Below, piece by piece: positions 12,261-24,090 of a stretch of DNA of 64,000 nucleotides. Numbering within the stretch: the first letter of the stretch is position 1; the number at the start of each line of letters is the position of its first letter. The stretch comes from Octopus sinensis. Lineage: Eukaryota. Made by a program: the position numbers and the translations under genes. The stretch is from assembly GCF_006345805.1 (NCBI RefSeq), contig NC_043003.1, forward strand, positions 90,458,001 through 90,522,000, in the 5' to 3' direction. The notes beneath the pieces were generated by a model. That model saw only the letters and a list, made by a program, of their open reading frames with translations. It was not told the origin of the DNA and searched no databases.

Positions 12261-12935
12261 AGGTCTACACTTAGTGAGGTACCATCCACTCTTGCCATTT
12301 TCGCAACTTTCACACACCCTTCAGTAAACTCACTCAAGGATAGCACTTCCCTCTCCACTCTCAATTTCCTTTTCCAGGGAAACTTGAAGAAGTCAATGAG
12401 GGCACTACCAAAGAGGAATGTATCTGTCCTCATGCCTTTCAGCCTTGTCCACCGAACCCCTTTCTCCACAGCCACCAGGCAAAGGAAAACTGCCTTGCTT
12501 GTCTGATTGGAGGAGGGTGGCAGTGCAATTATCACCTCAGACTTGGCTGACAGACGGATCCGTCCCACACGACAGCAACTATTTGACATAACCCCACAAG
12601 TCAGCAATGTCCGGACACTGAATGAAGGTGTGCAGAATGGTTTTGTCACTCTGCATGCACCTTGGACAGGCCTGTCTGACAACACATCCATGACTGTAGA
12701 GTTTATGACTGTAGCAGCCCCTGTTAGCACTGCCAAGCCAAGGACATGCAGAAATTACTCATGATAGTTTCTGACTGGAAAGTCCTCTGGAACAGACTAG
12801 CCAGTTCGTTCTTGTTGGTGCCCAGAGTCTCCCTGAGAATGCTGCACTTCTCTGCAACTAATCCTCTATAAATTTCTAAAGCAGAATATCCACTGATCTC
12901 ATTTCCCAACTGGTAGAGGGCTGTGAGTGCCTGAT
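12261..12935 (-). mobile_element. Tx1/L1-clade LINE ORF2 C-terminal remnant
   Basis: Frameshifted SLAWQC..., zinc knuckle CPRCMQSDKTILHTFIQCPDIADLW (starts 12668), then FLCLVAVEKGVRWTRLKG. Confidence 0.75.
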
Positions 12936-12985
12936 GACATAATAATAATAATAATAATAACAACAACAACAACAATAATACGTAC

Positions 12986-13101
12986 TGTACAGACAAAGCA
13001 GTCAGAATGGTAGCTATGATCCATTGCCTCAACCCATCTATCTCCAGGATCAATAGGATATTTACACCCAAAGCAAATGGCTTGGAACATTTCCTTCCAG
13101 T
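12986..13101 (-). CDS. Zasp: Zasp exon I (116 nt, phase 1->0): end of LIM2 and start of LIM3
   Basis: Acceptor TTTTATTTTCCAG|AC and donor ACA|GTACGT. Encodes (H)WKEMFQAICFGCKYPIDPGDRWVEAMDHSYHSDCFVCT. Confidence 0.96.
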
Positions 13102-13443
13102 CTGGAAAATAAAATTGGAAAAGTTTATGAGTGTTATGACAAATGAAAGAAGGAATAGAGAATATTGAGAAAAGAAAGGAGAGGAGCAAGATAAAGAGGG
13201 TGAAGAGAAAATTGTGAGTTAGTCTCATACATCCACACACACATGAACAAGTGTCAGTGTCTGATGATGACAATATAACAATGTATATTATAGCTGAGGT
13301 GTGAAAAGTGACATGCACCCACACAATAAAAGAGAAAGTGATACCCACACACAGTGTTGGTGTCAGTGTGTGGTGGTAATGATGTAAAAACGTTTAGTAT
13401 GTCTTAGGTGCAGAAAAAAAAAGACAAACAGTTGCATACTCAC

Positions 13444-13564
13444 GAGGATCACAATAGAACTCCCCATCTTCTATGTGGAAGCTGCTGCCTCCAATTGGCT
13501 TCCTACACTGAGCGCACAAGAAACAATTGGGATGGAAAGTAGTGTTCATAGCATTCACACATTC
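13444..13564 (-). CDS. Zasp: Zasp exon H (121 nt, phase 0->1): LIM2
   Basis: Acceptor TTTTCTTTTTTACAG|G and donor C|GTGAGT. Encodes ECVNAMNTTFHPNCFLCAQCRKPIGGSSFHIEDGEFYCDP. Confidence 0.96.
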
Positions 13565-13644
13565 CTGTAAAAAAGAAAATATTAATATATTATATATAAA
13601 CATTAATTAAAGATTAGAGAGATACAAAAAAAAAAATTAATATC

Positions 13645-14043
13645 TCTTATCTTTTACCTGTTCCAGTCATTAGATTGTGGCTGTGCTGAGGCACCACCTT
13701 GAACTTTTAGTCAAATGAAATCAGCACCAGAACTTTTTTTTTCTCTTTTAAAGCCTGGTACTCATTCTATTGATCACTTTTGCTGAACTGCTAAGTTAAA
13801 GTGACATAAACTCACCAACACGAGTTGTCAAGTGATGGAAGTGGGGGTAACAAACACAGACACATATATAATATATATATATATATACACACACACACTA
13901 GGCTTCTTTCAGTTTCCATCCACTCACAAGGCTTTGCTCAGCCTGAACCTGTAGAAGACACTTGCACAAGGTGCCATGAAGTGGGACTGAACCCAGAACC
14001 ATATGGTGGACAAGCAAGCTTCTTACTACACAGCCACACCTAC
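13645..14043 (-). mobile_element. SINE family A copy
   Basis: Full head-to-tail similarity to 25586-25986. Confidence 0.8.
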
Positions 14044-14088
14044 GATTATAATGTTTTTGGACTACATTACCCTTTTCTGTTCAAATAG

Positions 14089-14615
14089 CTGAAGAGGTTG
14101 AAAAGGCAGACCTAAGGATCAGCTCTGAAATAACCAGGGTGAGGCAGGCTAGTAAGCAAGGAGAGATGCAAATTACTGTGAATCAAGAATCCACTGAAGA
14201 CGTTAGAAGTTAGCTTCATCCATCTAGGCAGTATTATTACTACTGATGGAGATATCGAGGCTGATGTCAACTCCAGAATTGGGTGTGCAGCAGCAGTGTT
14301 AAAAGGAATTAGCAAGATCTAGACCAGCACTCCAATTAGCAATCATGTGAAGATCCTATTGCATCAGAGCCTATAGCATCTTGCCAACAGCAATCTATGC
14401 AGGAGGAAATAACTGCCAAGATCACTCAGAGGGTGAATCACCAATGATATCTATGCAGAATACTCAAGATGATTTACAGGGACAGAATCATAAACTCTGA
14501 AGTTTTAAGAAAAGCCAATCTGTGCATCTTGCAGGAAATTGTAGTAGAAAGAAGAGTAAAACTTGCAGCTCATGTTTTCCAACTGCTAGAAGAATGACTG
14601 TCCAAAATTGCTATA
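14089..14615 (+). mobile_element. Old RTE LINE ORF2 remnant (post-RT region)
   Basis: FIHLGSIITTDGDIEADVNSRIG...; LCRILKMIYRDRIINSEVLRKA; RVKLAAHVFQ, with stops and frameshifts. Confidence 0.8.
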
Positions 14616-14743
14616 CTTCTAAATTTTGAAATGTGCTTAAAATCTTTTTAGATTTAGGATTTATAAACTGTAGTTAAGAGCATCTTTTCTTTGTATAGTT
14701 TTTTGACAATTTCAGTCCCGCAAGAAATTTTTAAAGTACTTAC

Positions 14744-14930
14744 CCCAATGATTACTTGGTTACATTTATGGCAGTGAGGAGCAAAGTAGAGCTCGTAGTC
14801 CTTCTCACAATAAAGGAAGCCACCTTCTTCAACGAAACCAATGTCAAAGAGCTTAACACCACAGTTAGGGTTAGCACAAACGAAGTGAGCAGGACACCAA
14901 CTTTTTCCCATGGCCAATACAAATGGTCCT
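14744..14930 (-). CDS. Zasp: Zasp exon G (187 nt, phase 2->0): rest of LIM1 and start of LIM2
   Basis: Acceptor TTTATTACAG|A and donor GGG|GTAAGT. Encodes GPFVLAMGKSWCPAHFVCANPNCGVKLFDIGFVEEGGFLYCEKDYELYFAPHCHKCNQVIIG. Confidence 0.96.
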
Positions 14931-15579
14931 CTGTAATAAAATACAAAGACAGATAAGAAAATTTCTTTGTTATGTGAAAATATATCTCCACAATTCCTTC
15001 ATAAAAAAATTGAGGTTTTCTGTAAGCTCTTAGCACCAATGAAGTTTTCAACTTATTGTAGTGATTCAAATGAAGTACTGGTTATCCATTTGCTTTCTCA
15101 TAGTCTAAGAATGCATACTACTGAAACTATGTGTCTCCAAAAGGTACCAATTCTGTATGGCTTACCACAATGAGCCATATCTCTCTACAGTACTTATTTG
15201 CAGTTAGATGTTTGCCAGGTATTAGATTAAAGTGCCAGTGACAATAAACACACACTGATGATTTAGTAAGTCTTAAATCATGAAATCCAACAAAGTTAAA
15301 TTAAGTTATGTATGACCTGGTGGTTAGGCTGTTGCACTTATGATCTGGCAACTCTAGTTTCAATTCTTAGGCAGGTAGTGTATTATATTCTTGAGCAAAA
15401 CACTTAATTTCATGTTGCTCCAGTCCACTTAGCTGTAAATGGATAACCCAGGGATGGATTGGTGTTCTGTTTAGTGGGAATGTTGGCATGCTCACCTGGC
15501 CAGCTGAGTGACATCATTTGAAAGCTACAACAATGCAAGGAAGTGCATTGTGACCAGCAGTGTATAACAACACACATAC

Positions 15580-15643
<64 letters not shown>

Positions 15644-15718
15644 ATAATGATAAGTGAAGTGTAATGATGATGATGATGATAAAAGTGGCTGTGATTCACA
15701 CAAAAGAAATAAACAGAC

Positions 15719-15968
15719 CTAATTGGAGTTCCACAAGCGGCACAGACAGGGATCCTACCACTCTGATCAGGGTTTTTATAGACAGCATCGCCTTTCTTGC
15801 CTTTCGTAGCACCTTGTCCAGTTGGTTTAGGGGGTCCAGAAGGTAACTTAGGCTTGGTTACAGCTTGAGGCCTATGGACTGGTGGTGGTGGTGGTGCTTT
15901 TGGTACAATCGCAGGAGCTGGTGGAGGTGGTGGTGCTCTTGGAGTATGAGCAGCTTGCTTGGGAAGAG
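15719..15968 (-). CDS. Zasp: Zasp exon F (250 nt, phase 1->2): Pro-rich linker and start of LIM1 (RIPVCAACGTPI)
   Basis: Acceptor TTTTCTTTTGCTTAG|CT and donor AG|GTCTGT. Encodes LPKQAAHTPRAPPPPPAP...KGKKGDAVYKNPDQSGRIPVCAACGTPI. Confidence 0.92.
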
Positions 15969-16633
15969 CTAAGCAAAAGAAAATTTTGTGGGTTCACATT
16001 GAGGAAGGCTGACAGAAGGATATTAAAAAACAGGATATGAGATAAAATAGGGAAATTATTAAATAAATATTTCTGCTTATCATTTTACATAGTATATACA
16101 TTATATATACACATAACATGCATACATATGCATGACACAATCATAGACAATATCACATACACACAATCTGGTACTCCATCGGTTACAACAATGAGAGTTC
16201 CACTTGATCCAATCAATGGAACAGCTTGCTTGTGAAATTAACATGTAAGTGGCTGAGCACTCCACAGACATGAGTAAATTTAATGTAGTTCTCAGAGAGA
16301 TTCAGCATGATACAGAATATGACAAGACTGGCCCTTTGAAAAATAGGTAGAACACATTTTTGCCAGCTGAGTGGACACAGTCACACAGACAATCACACAT
16401 ACACACAGATAATTACATACACAACCAGGCACATAATTACACACCAAATCCACTCACAAGTCTTTGGTTGACTTGGGGGTACAGTAGAAGACACTTGCAT
16501 AAAGTGACATGCTGTGGGAGTGAACCCAAGACTACATGGTTGGAAAGCAAGCTTCTTAACCACACAGCCATGCTTGCACCAGTAACAATAGTTACAAAAA
16601 TAAATAAATAAAATTTTAAAAATCACAACTTAC

Positions 16634-16704
16634 AGAAAAGTTGAACTTGTGGTGGAGGTGGTGCAGGAGCTGCAGGTGGCGGCGTGTAGCTTGCCACTGG
16701 GGCC
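16634..16704 (-). CDS. Zasp: Zasp exon E (71 nt, phase 2->1), Pro-rich: APVASYTPPPAAPAPPPPQVQLF
   Basis: Acceptor CTGTCTTGTCACCAACAG|G and donor CT|GTAAGT; phases match both neighbours. Confidence 0.88.
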
Positions 16705-16965
16705 CTGTTGGTGACAAGACAGACAGATCAGATATAGTTATTGTTTGTAAATAGTTAGGCCATTCTCCAAGGTGTATTTTGACAAATCCCATCTAATGTT
16801 AAATTCACTAATTAGTTAGATATTTATTGTTATTATTCGATATTCTAATCATTGTAAATTATTATTGCTGTAGTAATGAAATAACTACAAATTCTTCTAT
16901 TCCTGAATATTTGCAAAACATTTTGTACAAGTTGACATAGAAATAATAACAGCAACAATAATAAT

Positions 16966-17635
16966 GACTTCAAATTTTGCCACAAGGACAGCAATTTTGG
17001 GGGAGGGGATGAATCAATTACATCAATCCTTACTACTCAACTGGTACTTATTTTATTGACTCCGAAAGGACGAAAGGCAAAGTCGACCGTGGCCGAATTT
17101 GAACTCAGAATGGAGCGGCAAGCGAAATACTGCTAAGCATTTCATCCAGCATGCTGATGATTCTGCCAGCTTGCTACCTTAATAATAATAATAATAATCA
17201 TACTCCTTTTTGCTACAGGCACAAGGCCAGTGCTTTTGAAGGGAGGGAGCAAGTTGATTACATCAACCCCAGTACTTGTACTTTATCTTACCGACCCTGA
17301 AAGTATGAAAGGTCAAGTTACCCTCTGGTGAACTTTGAACATAAATAGATGAAAGTAAAGCCATTAAGCATTTTGTGCAATGCCTTAAGAATTCTGTCAG
17401 GTTGCTACCTTAATACAATAAAGGTTTCAAATTTTGGAACAAGACCAGCATTTAGGGGTGGGAGTAAGTCAATTTCACTGACCCCAGAGTTCAAGTGGTA
17501 CTAATGTTATTGAGCCCAAAAGGATGAAAGGCAAAGTCAACCTGGGTGGAACTTGAACTAAGAAAGTAGTGATGGATCAAATGGCGCTAAGCATTTTGTC
17601 TAACACGCTAACGACTCTACCAGCTCACTGCCTTC
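16966..17635 (-). mobile_element. Three tandem SINE family B copies
   Basis: Three successive family B bodies, each preceded by a (TAA)n tract. Confidence 0.8.
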
Positions 17636-18931
17636 ATATAATAATAATGATAAGCTTATTGCATAGCATGTTATGAAAGTAGTAGAATGTTACACTACAG
17701 AAAAATTCTGTTTATTAAAACAATGTGTGTGTGTGTGTAATTACAACATCTGTTTGTATTTTTAAAATCTTGAGATTTTAATACTTTCTATTAAAATAAA
17801 TGTAGAAAAGATATCAAAATCCACAATGTCTGTAGTACTTTTCTTCAAACTTTTTAGGAGGAGACCAAATACTTTCAATAAAATTTTTTAAATTTCCTGC
17901 CAAATGTGAAAAACTCTGAGAAATTCTTGGAATAGTCTATAGGTTTATGGAACAACACTTAGAGTATTGGTCTCAAGCAATTTAGTCAATCAAATGCTAA
18001 ACTGCAAATTGGAAGGGAAACTACTTACTCCTCTTCCAAATGATTATCTTAAATCACTTTATGAACATTGATAATAACGGGAATACAGAGCTATATGTAT
18101 ACGTCTTGTTACTTGGTAATGCTTCATTTACTCCCTTTATACCAAAATTAGAAACCATTAAAGGTGGCAAGCTGGTAGAATTGTTTGCACATTAGACAAA
18201 ATGCTAAGCACATTTTCTCTGGTTCATTGCATTCTAAGTTCAACTTTATCTTTTGTCTTTCAGGAGTCAATAACATAAGTACTAGGGTTGATGTAATAGA
18301 CATGCCCCTCCCCTTAAAACTGCTGGCCTTGTGCAAAATTAGAAAGAACTATTATCATCACTATAATAATAATAATGATAATAATAATAACAACTGAGGG
18401 TAGTACTATCATTTTACTAATATGGAAATTTGGATATTGTTGTATGTTGGCACAACTTTTTAAACAAGCACTTGCTCTTTCATTACTGATAACCACCTAT
18501 CTTTACAGCAGAGATGAAATTTCTTGCCAGTCAGGTAAGCTGAAGCAAGCAGTGTTTTGTTGTTTATCCATGGGAAAACACAATAGCTGTAAATAATGTT
18601 TGAACTGATGACCTGGTAGCAAACAGTTCAGTACTTTACAGCAATTGTTCTATGCACTACTAATAACTAGTTTTCCTGTATGTCACCCTGTAATGTACTT
18701 AGACACATTGTCGATATTTCCTAGGGTCATTAGGTGTTTCAAGTCTCAACTTCAGACAATCTCATTCAGGCAACCCAACCAGAGTTGATCAAGCTCTAGC
18801 GTGTGTCTAGATATAATATCCATTCTTTTAAAAGAGATCTTAATAGTTGAGACTTCAGTATTAATTTGTAAGATAGGCACAAGGCCATGCATTTTAAGAA
18901 AAAAGTATGGTTGATCATATTGACTTTAGTA

Positions 18932-19339
18932 CAGTAGTACCTCGGTTTTCATCTATCTTTAAACCATGATCCTGAAGTGACTTGTATATATAAGGGAACT
19001 ATTACTGTGTATATATATATCAGAGAATGTATATAAGTCAAAACAATTTGTTGGCCTTTTATGGTTTTTTTAAATAATTGTTTATGTTATATAATATTAT
19101 GTCATATTATATTCATAGCATATCATGTAATATTGTAATATAAATAAATTATTGGATTGTCAATAATAACTCTCTATATAATTTATCTTCGTAATTGCAT
19201 TATACCCATATTTATATGGTATCCAACTGATGTACCAGTGAATTGGATGTTTCACACACCCCTTTCCTCAGTTTGTTACTATATATATAAAGCATGATTT
19301 ATTTGTGATCAGAGACATTCATAGACCAAGGTACTACTG
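18932..19339. mobile_element. pogo/Tigger-type MITE, with a duplicated right end to ~19430
   Basis: TIR CAGTAGTACCT(C/T)GGT at both ends and TA flanks (18930-31, 19340-41). Confidence 0.7.
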
Positions 19340-19761
19340 TATTAAATGGGTATGAGAAAGACAGGAGATAAAGCATGATTTATTCACGATCAGAGTTGTT
19401 AAAAAACCGTGATACTACTGCATTTGCATTTCTCCAATCCCTCGGAGGGAAGAAAAGCAATGGACCTTGGTAAGATTTGAAATCAGAGGAGTGAAGAGAA
19501 ATAAGAATTTAATATAGTATGGAATTTTGTTCACTACTATCAAACTACCTCAGTATATTGCTGGTACTTAGTTTTGTCACTTTTCGGATGGGTGACAAGT
19601 GAAGTGAACCCTGGTGGAATTTGACTTCAGATTATGGAAGGACAAGACTTAATAATGGGGAGTAATTAGACCATTCTTCCACACAAACACTGTAGGGATC
19701 AATATTGAAAAAGGAAAAAATTTAAAAGGTAGTTTCAAGAACTGATTAAGATTTGTTACTC

Positions 19762-19990
19762 CTACCCATCTAGTTTTTCTTGAAGACGCTTGAAAGTTTT
19801 AGAATATAATGGCACTGCTGTTGTATCTGCTTGATCACTTTCTCCATGTATCAGTTTGTAAGTCTCTGATGGTTTATACAAAATCCGACCCTCACCATCA
19901 TACTCAACACCAGATTTCTCTGCATCTACAGACACAGAGGAATCATTTGTCAAGCTAGATTTCCTTACATCACCATTCTCTTTAGAATCT
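19762..19990 (-). CDS. Zasp: Alternative Zasp exon D: 225-nt symmetric cassette (19766-19990, phase 2->2) or terminal exon ending at TAG 19762
   Basis: Acceptor GCTATGTTTTTTCAG|A. Encodes DSKENG...ILYKPSETYKLIHGESDQADTTAVPLYSKTFKRLQEKLDG, similar to the 'SEVYKML...QSGSFRxLQ' half of the ZM/DUF4749 module. Possible donor GG|GTAGGA keeps the frame. Confidence 0.8.
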
Positions 19991-20004
19991 CTGAAAAAAC
20001 ATAG

Positions 20005-20021
20005 CATGCACTATTCATGCA
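20005..20021 (-). promoter_or_regulatory. Two UGCAUG (Rbfox-type) splicing elements just upstream of the exon D acceptor
   Basis: Plus-strand catgca at 20005-20010 and 20016-20021, i.e. 15-31 nt upstream of the exon start, next to a (UUG)n tract. Confidence 0.6.
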
Positions 20022-22924
20022 AAAACAACAACAACAACAGCAATATTGAAACAATATCATGCTTAAAATAGATATAAGAAAACACACACACAAACACACA
20101 CACAACACATGACAAATAAGAAAATATAACATACAATAATAAGTTATTAAAAAAAATCAGCTAAAAGTAATGACATAGTAAATGCATGCGGAGAAAAATA
20201 AAGATAAAAAGTAAAAAAAAAGAATGCATATAATTATCTTTTGAGGTAAAATAACCAAATGATGATGATGATGAAACATTTGTCTAAATACAGCCACTTC
20301 CATTTGATGTAATATTCACAATTATCACCATCATTGTAGTATTAATGCCTAAATCATTGTTTCTAAATTCTCTTTGTCCTATGCCCCTCCATCAGTGGGG
20401 CATAGACCCCCACCTTCAGAAATACTAATCTAAACATAATCAGAAAAGGCACATGTTCAATAAGAAGGAAATAATCCATTGAGCTGGGAGGATGGAAAGT
20501 GAAGTCAATTCTATTAAGGTCTGAATCTAGACTATGAAAGTAAATATAGTAAGGCATTTGGTGCTTGTCGTCACAGGGTTAGGGTTAGGGTACTGAACCT
20601 ACCACTACCTATAACTAAAAACATAAAAACTTTTGGCTATTTCCATACATAACACCATTTTAAACCAATTTAATCTTGGTTCTTGAGTTGTGCATTATTA
20701 GATTTCACCAGATTGTATCAGGATTTCGCAAGAACAGAGACATTACCATCTTTGGTGGATGATGTGCAGCACTTATCTAACTCATCCCAGAATATACACC
20801 CCTGCTATAGTACTGCATCATTATACTATTACAATATTTGATAAAAGCTACTGTAGAAGTAATTAGGTAACCAAAGAGTTTTTATAAATGACATCAGTTT
20901 CAGAGAACAACTGTACTTTTTGGTAAATTAGTTCATATGAAAATGAATATTTTAGTAACAACTCTTAATGTTCACAGCAAAAGATCTAAAGAATGATAAA
21001 AATACATTGTACTTAATTAATAATGATAAACACAAGATTGATAAGGCGCATATTGTTACCATTTGTTAGATCTCTGATAGTGAGCATTTACAGTTCTTGG
21101 TAAAACAAAGTTCTTTTTTAACTGATTGGGCTCAGTTTTTATAGAACTGAGGAAGATTCAGCAAAAGATAGAATGATGCAAAATTTCATCATGATCACTG
21201 CAATGGTTCAATTCTGTGATATTGTTTATGAGAGACTACACTTTCCATCAATAGTTGAACTCTCTACCAGTTCAAAGATCTTAAGTTCATGTCCCAGTTT
21301 TTCTAAGCTGTCAGAAACATATACCAGGTTATGTAAAATCATTACTTGTGGTTAATCAGTGTCCTCTGTAAAAGGAGAGAGATTATTTCTCATCTCATTA
21401 ACATAAAACCTGATATAACTATCAGACCTTCTTTAGCTTATGACCTGGAGCAAACAGAATTATGTGTCTTGCACAAGAGAACACAATGACCCTAGGCATA
21501 GGTCTTGAATTCATAACCATGAAGTTTGTAGTTCAGTACTTTAATCTTACAATCTTTAAATGTAGACACAATTTATTACTAAAAAAATAAACTTAATTTA
21601 AACCCTGATTTAATTTATGTATTTTAGAGAGAAAACAAGGAGTTGTACCATTTCTAAGACATTAATGACAGGTGCAAGGAATCCCTACAAGCAGGAACTG
21701 AAGCCTAATTGTAGAACTTAATTGCATTTAATGATGGTAGCTAATAAGAAAGAACTTAGGAAAATTGTTCAAATGAAAATGGAAACATTAATATAGTGAA
21801 ATTCATTTGAAAATATTATTGGATCTCTAACATTACAGAAGACAATGAAAGACAGAAATTTTCAAATGAAATATGAACGCTAAAAGAGTTCTAAAAGATA
21901 AACATGAGTGCTGGGAACTATTTAAAATTACATGCTACTATTTCAAAGCTTAAGATACTAGTATAGGTTCTATAAATATAACTTATAATATTGGTAGTGG
22001 CTATAATTGATCAAAGCCTATAAGGGTTCTTGGGTGGTGGAGGTGATGGTGGTGGTTTAATCTAAGTGGAAAGGGAAGGATTTACAATTGTACTCAACCT
22101 ATGATCGAAAAGTTAAATATTTATGGAGGATTGACAACCCTACAATAATAAAAGCTGATTTCCACAACAAAATGACTTGTTATAAATATTAAATTTTGTT
22201 TCTTTTTAAATTCTTTTCTACTCTAGGCACAAGGGCCTGAAATTTTGGGGGAAGGGGTCAGTCAAAGTTAACCTTGGCGGAATTTGAACTTAGAATGTAA
22301 AGATAGACAAAATACCGCTAAGCATTTCATCTGCTGTGCTAACGTTCCTGCCAGCTTGCTGCCTTTGTTTCTTTTTAAATTGAGAAGAATTACAAAAGAA
22401 AAAAAAAATCTATCAAACAAAACTAACAGACTGTTACTCAATATAAGTTGAAAAAGGGGGTAAAAAAATATATTCTTAAATAATCTAAATGGTGCAATGT
22501 AAATCTTTAAGTTGTTTGGTTGTTTGCATCTATGGCATGGGAGAAAGTTGTCTTTCTTGTAGAGTACATCTATCCTTGTTCATCACCAATTCATTTAACA
22601 CTGATCCAGAATAGCATAGAACACTCAATTACGAACCATGCTACACACCACGAATTGATAACGTATGTTTGTGATGATATTTTTCAGGTATTTTTTAAAA
22701 TTATTTACTGATATGTTACAAACTTCAAAGTTATTAATATTTGTACAGTACAATACAAAATTAACAATGATTTCTACAGTACAAGTGAGAAATACCAATA
22801 ATAGTCTCTCTTTTAAAGTATCAAAATTTAAAATTTGTAAGGAAGATATTCAAAACACAGACTGAGAAATATTCTTTCACAGCTTAATTATGTGTGTGCA
22901 TAATTTCTGAGATTTGCCAACACT

Positions 22925-23097
22925 ACACCTGATTTTCTCCCCTCCATACACACACAAGCATGTATTTGACTCATACATTGTTCGCTTTCCAGACATTTGT
23001 ACATTACTGCATATACTTTATATGCACTTTCTAACAAGTTGTGGTGCACCTGAGCACTGTATACAATAATTTCATTAATATTATTATTATTATTATA
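22925..23097 (+). mobile_element. Probable LINE 3' end with (ATT)n tail
   Basis: ...GTTGTGGTGCACCTGAGCACTGTATACAATAATTTCATTAATATTATTATT; no ORF remnant seen. Confidence 0.35.
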
Positions 23098-23878
23098 TGT
23101 ATTTATGTATTAATTTTTATGTGAAGTTACATATAAATACAATTTAGCATTTAATTGAAATTTCAGCTTACTTGCAGTCAACTGTTGATGGCTGTTAGTA
23201 AACTAAAACTTCAAATAACACACACAAACCAAACTATAAATTATTCTAAATACATTCCTTAAAAAAAAAAAAAAAGGTATATAGTTAAATATGGATTTTA
23301 AAATGTTGAACTGATGTGGAAATCAACTTTTATTACTATTTATTATCCTCCTTTATAATAAATTTTGTACCTTGGAAGTGGCAGAATAGAAATATCTGAA
23401 ACAAAAAGATATTTGAGCTGTTTGATAGTGCATAACATAAATACAATTCATAATTACATATTCATAAACATGATGTCATACTGAACAGAAATATTATAAA
23501 ACTAACTGGATTATTTGAAATATTGCATTTTCTTTTTTAAATTTTATTTTGGGTGTCATTGTTGAGAAATGAAGATGAAGAATATATCTGATTAGCTATT
23601 TTGATCTTCATCCTTTCTACAATTAAAAATGAAAGAAGAATACTTTTGGAGGAAAATTTCTTTCTCTAAATACAGATTATTATTTAGAAAAAAAAAAAAA
23701 AAAAAAAAAAAAGAAATGTTGATGGCAGGAGGTCAAAATTGCTCTACAGAACACATGAAAATGAATGTTTGAAAATTAACTGTTTGATGTGTCATACAAA
23801 ACAATGGATTTGGTTATAGATTTTTTTACTCCTACTGGGCATTTGCATAGTTGCCCCCTTTTATTTGGCTTTATTTTC

Positions 23879-24090
23879 TTAACCCTTTAGCATTCAGATT
23901 ACTTTGTCAAATGTAATGCTTGTTTATACTTATTGTTTTGAATTAATCATGTAATTAATATCTTGATAATGTGACTATTTTTGGAATGACATTGTAGGTT
24001 GGTGAGAGAAACCAGATCTGGCTAATTTAAGCATAAAACAGAAAAAAACATTTTGGCTGCATATGGCCAGTTTAAAGGCCAAAGGGTTAA
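23879..24090. mobile_element. piggyBac-type MITE family 1; copies also at 43066-43291 and 51929-52153
   Basis: TTAA-CCCTTTAG(C/T)ATT ... AAAGGG-TTAA ends and a shared ~200-bp body in three copies. Confidence 0.8.

Noticed and set aside
12149-12736. Longest intronic ORF, 195 aa
   Set aside because: A frameshifted Tx1-type LINE remnant running into another repeat.
15719-15760. LIM1 has Cys instead of His (SWCPAHF, in the next exon) and LIM2 ends C-x2-H
   Set aside because: WCPxHF is also recalled from invertebrate Zasp52-type proteins and His is an accepted last ligand, so this is not novel.
16966-17635. Regularly repeated units resembling an array
   Set aside because: Tandem ~200-bp SINEs, not CRISPR: no short repeats with unique spacers, and the context is eukaryotic.
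20745-20800. Pseudo-exon with GTAATG donor
   Set aside because: Stops in the required phase-2 frame and a poor polypyrimidine tract.
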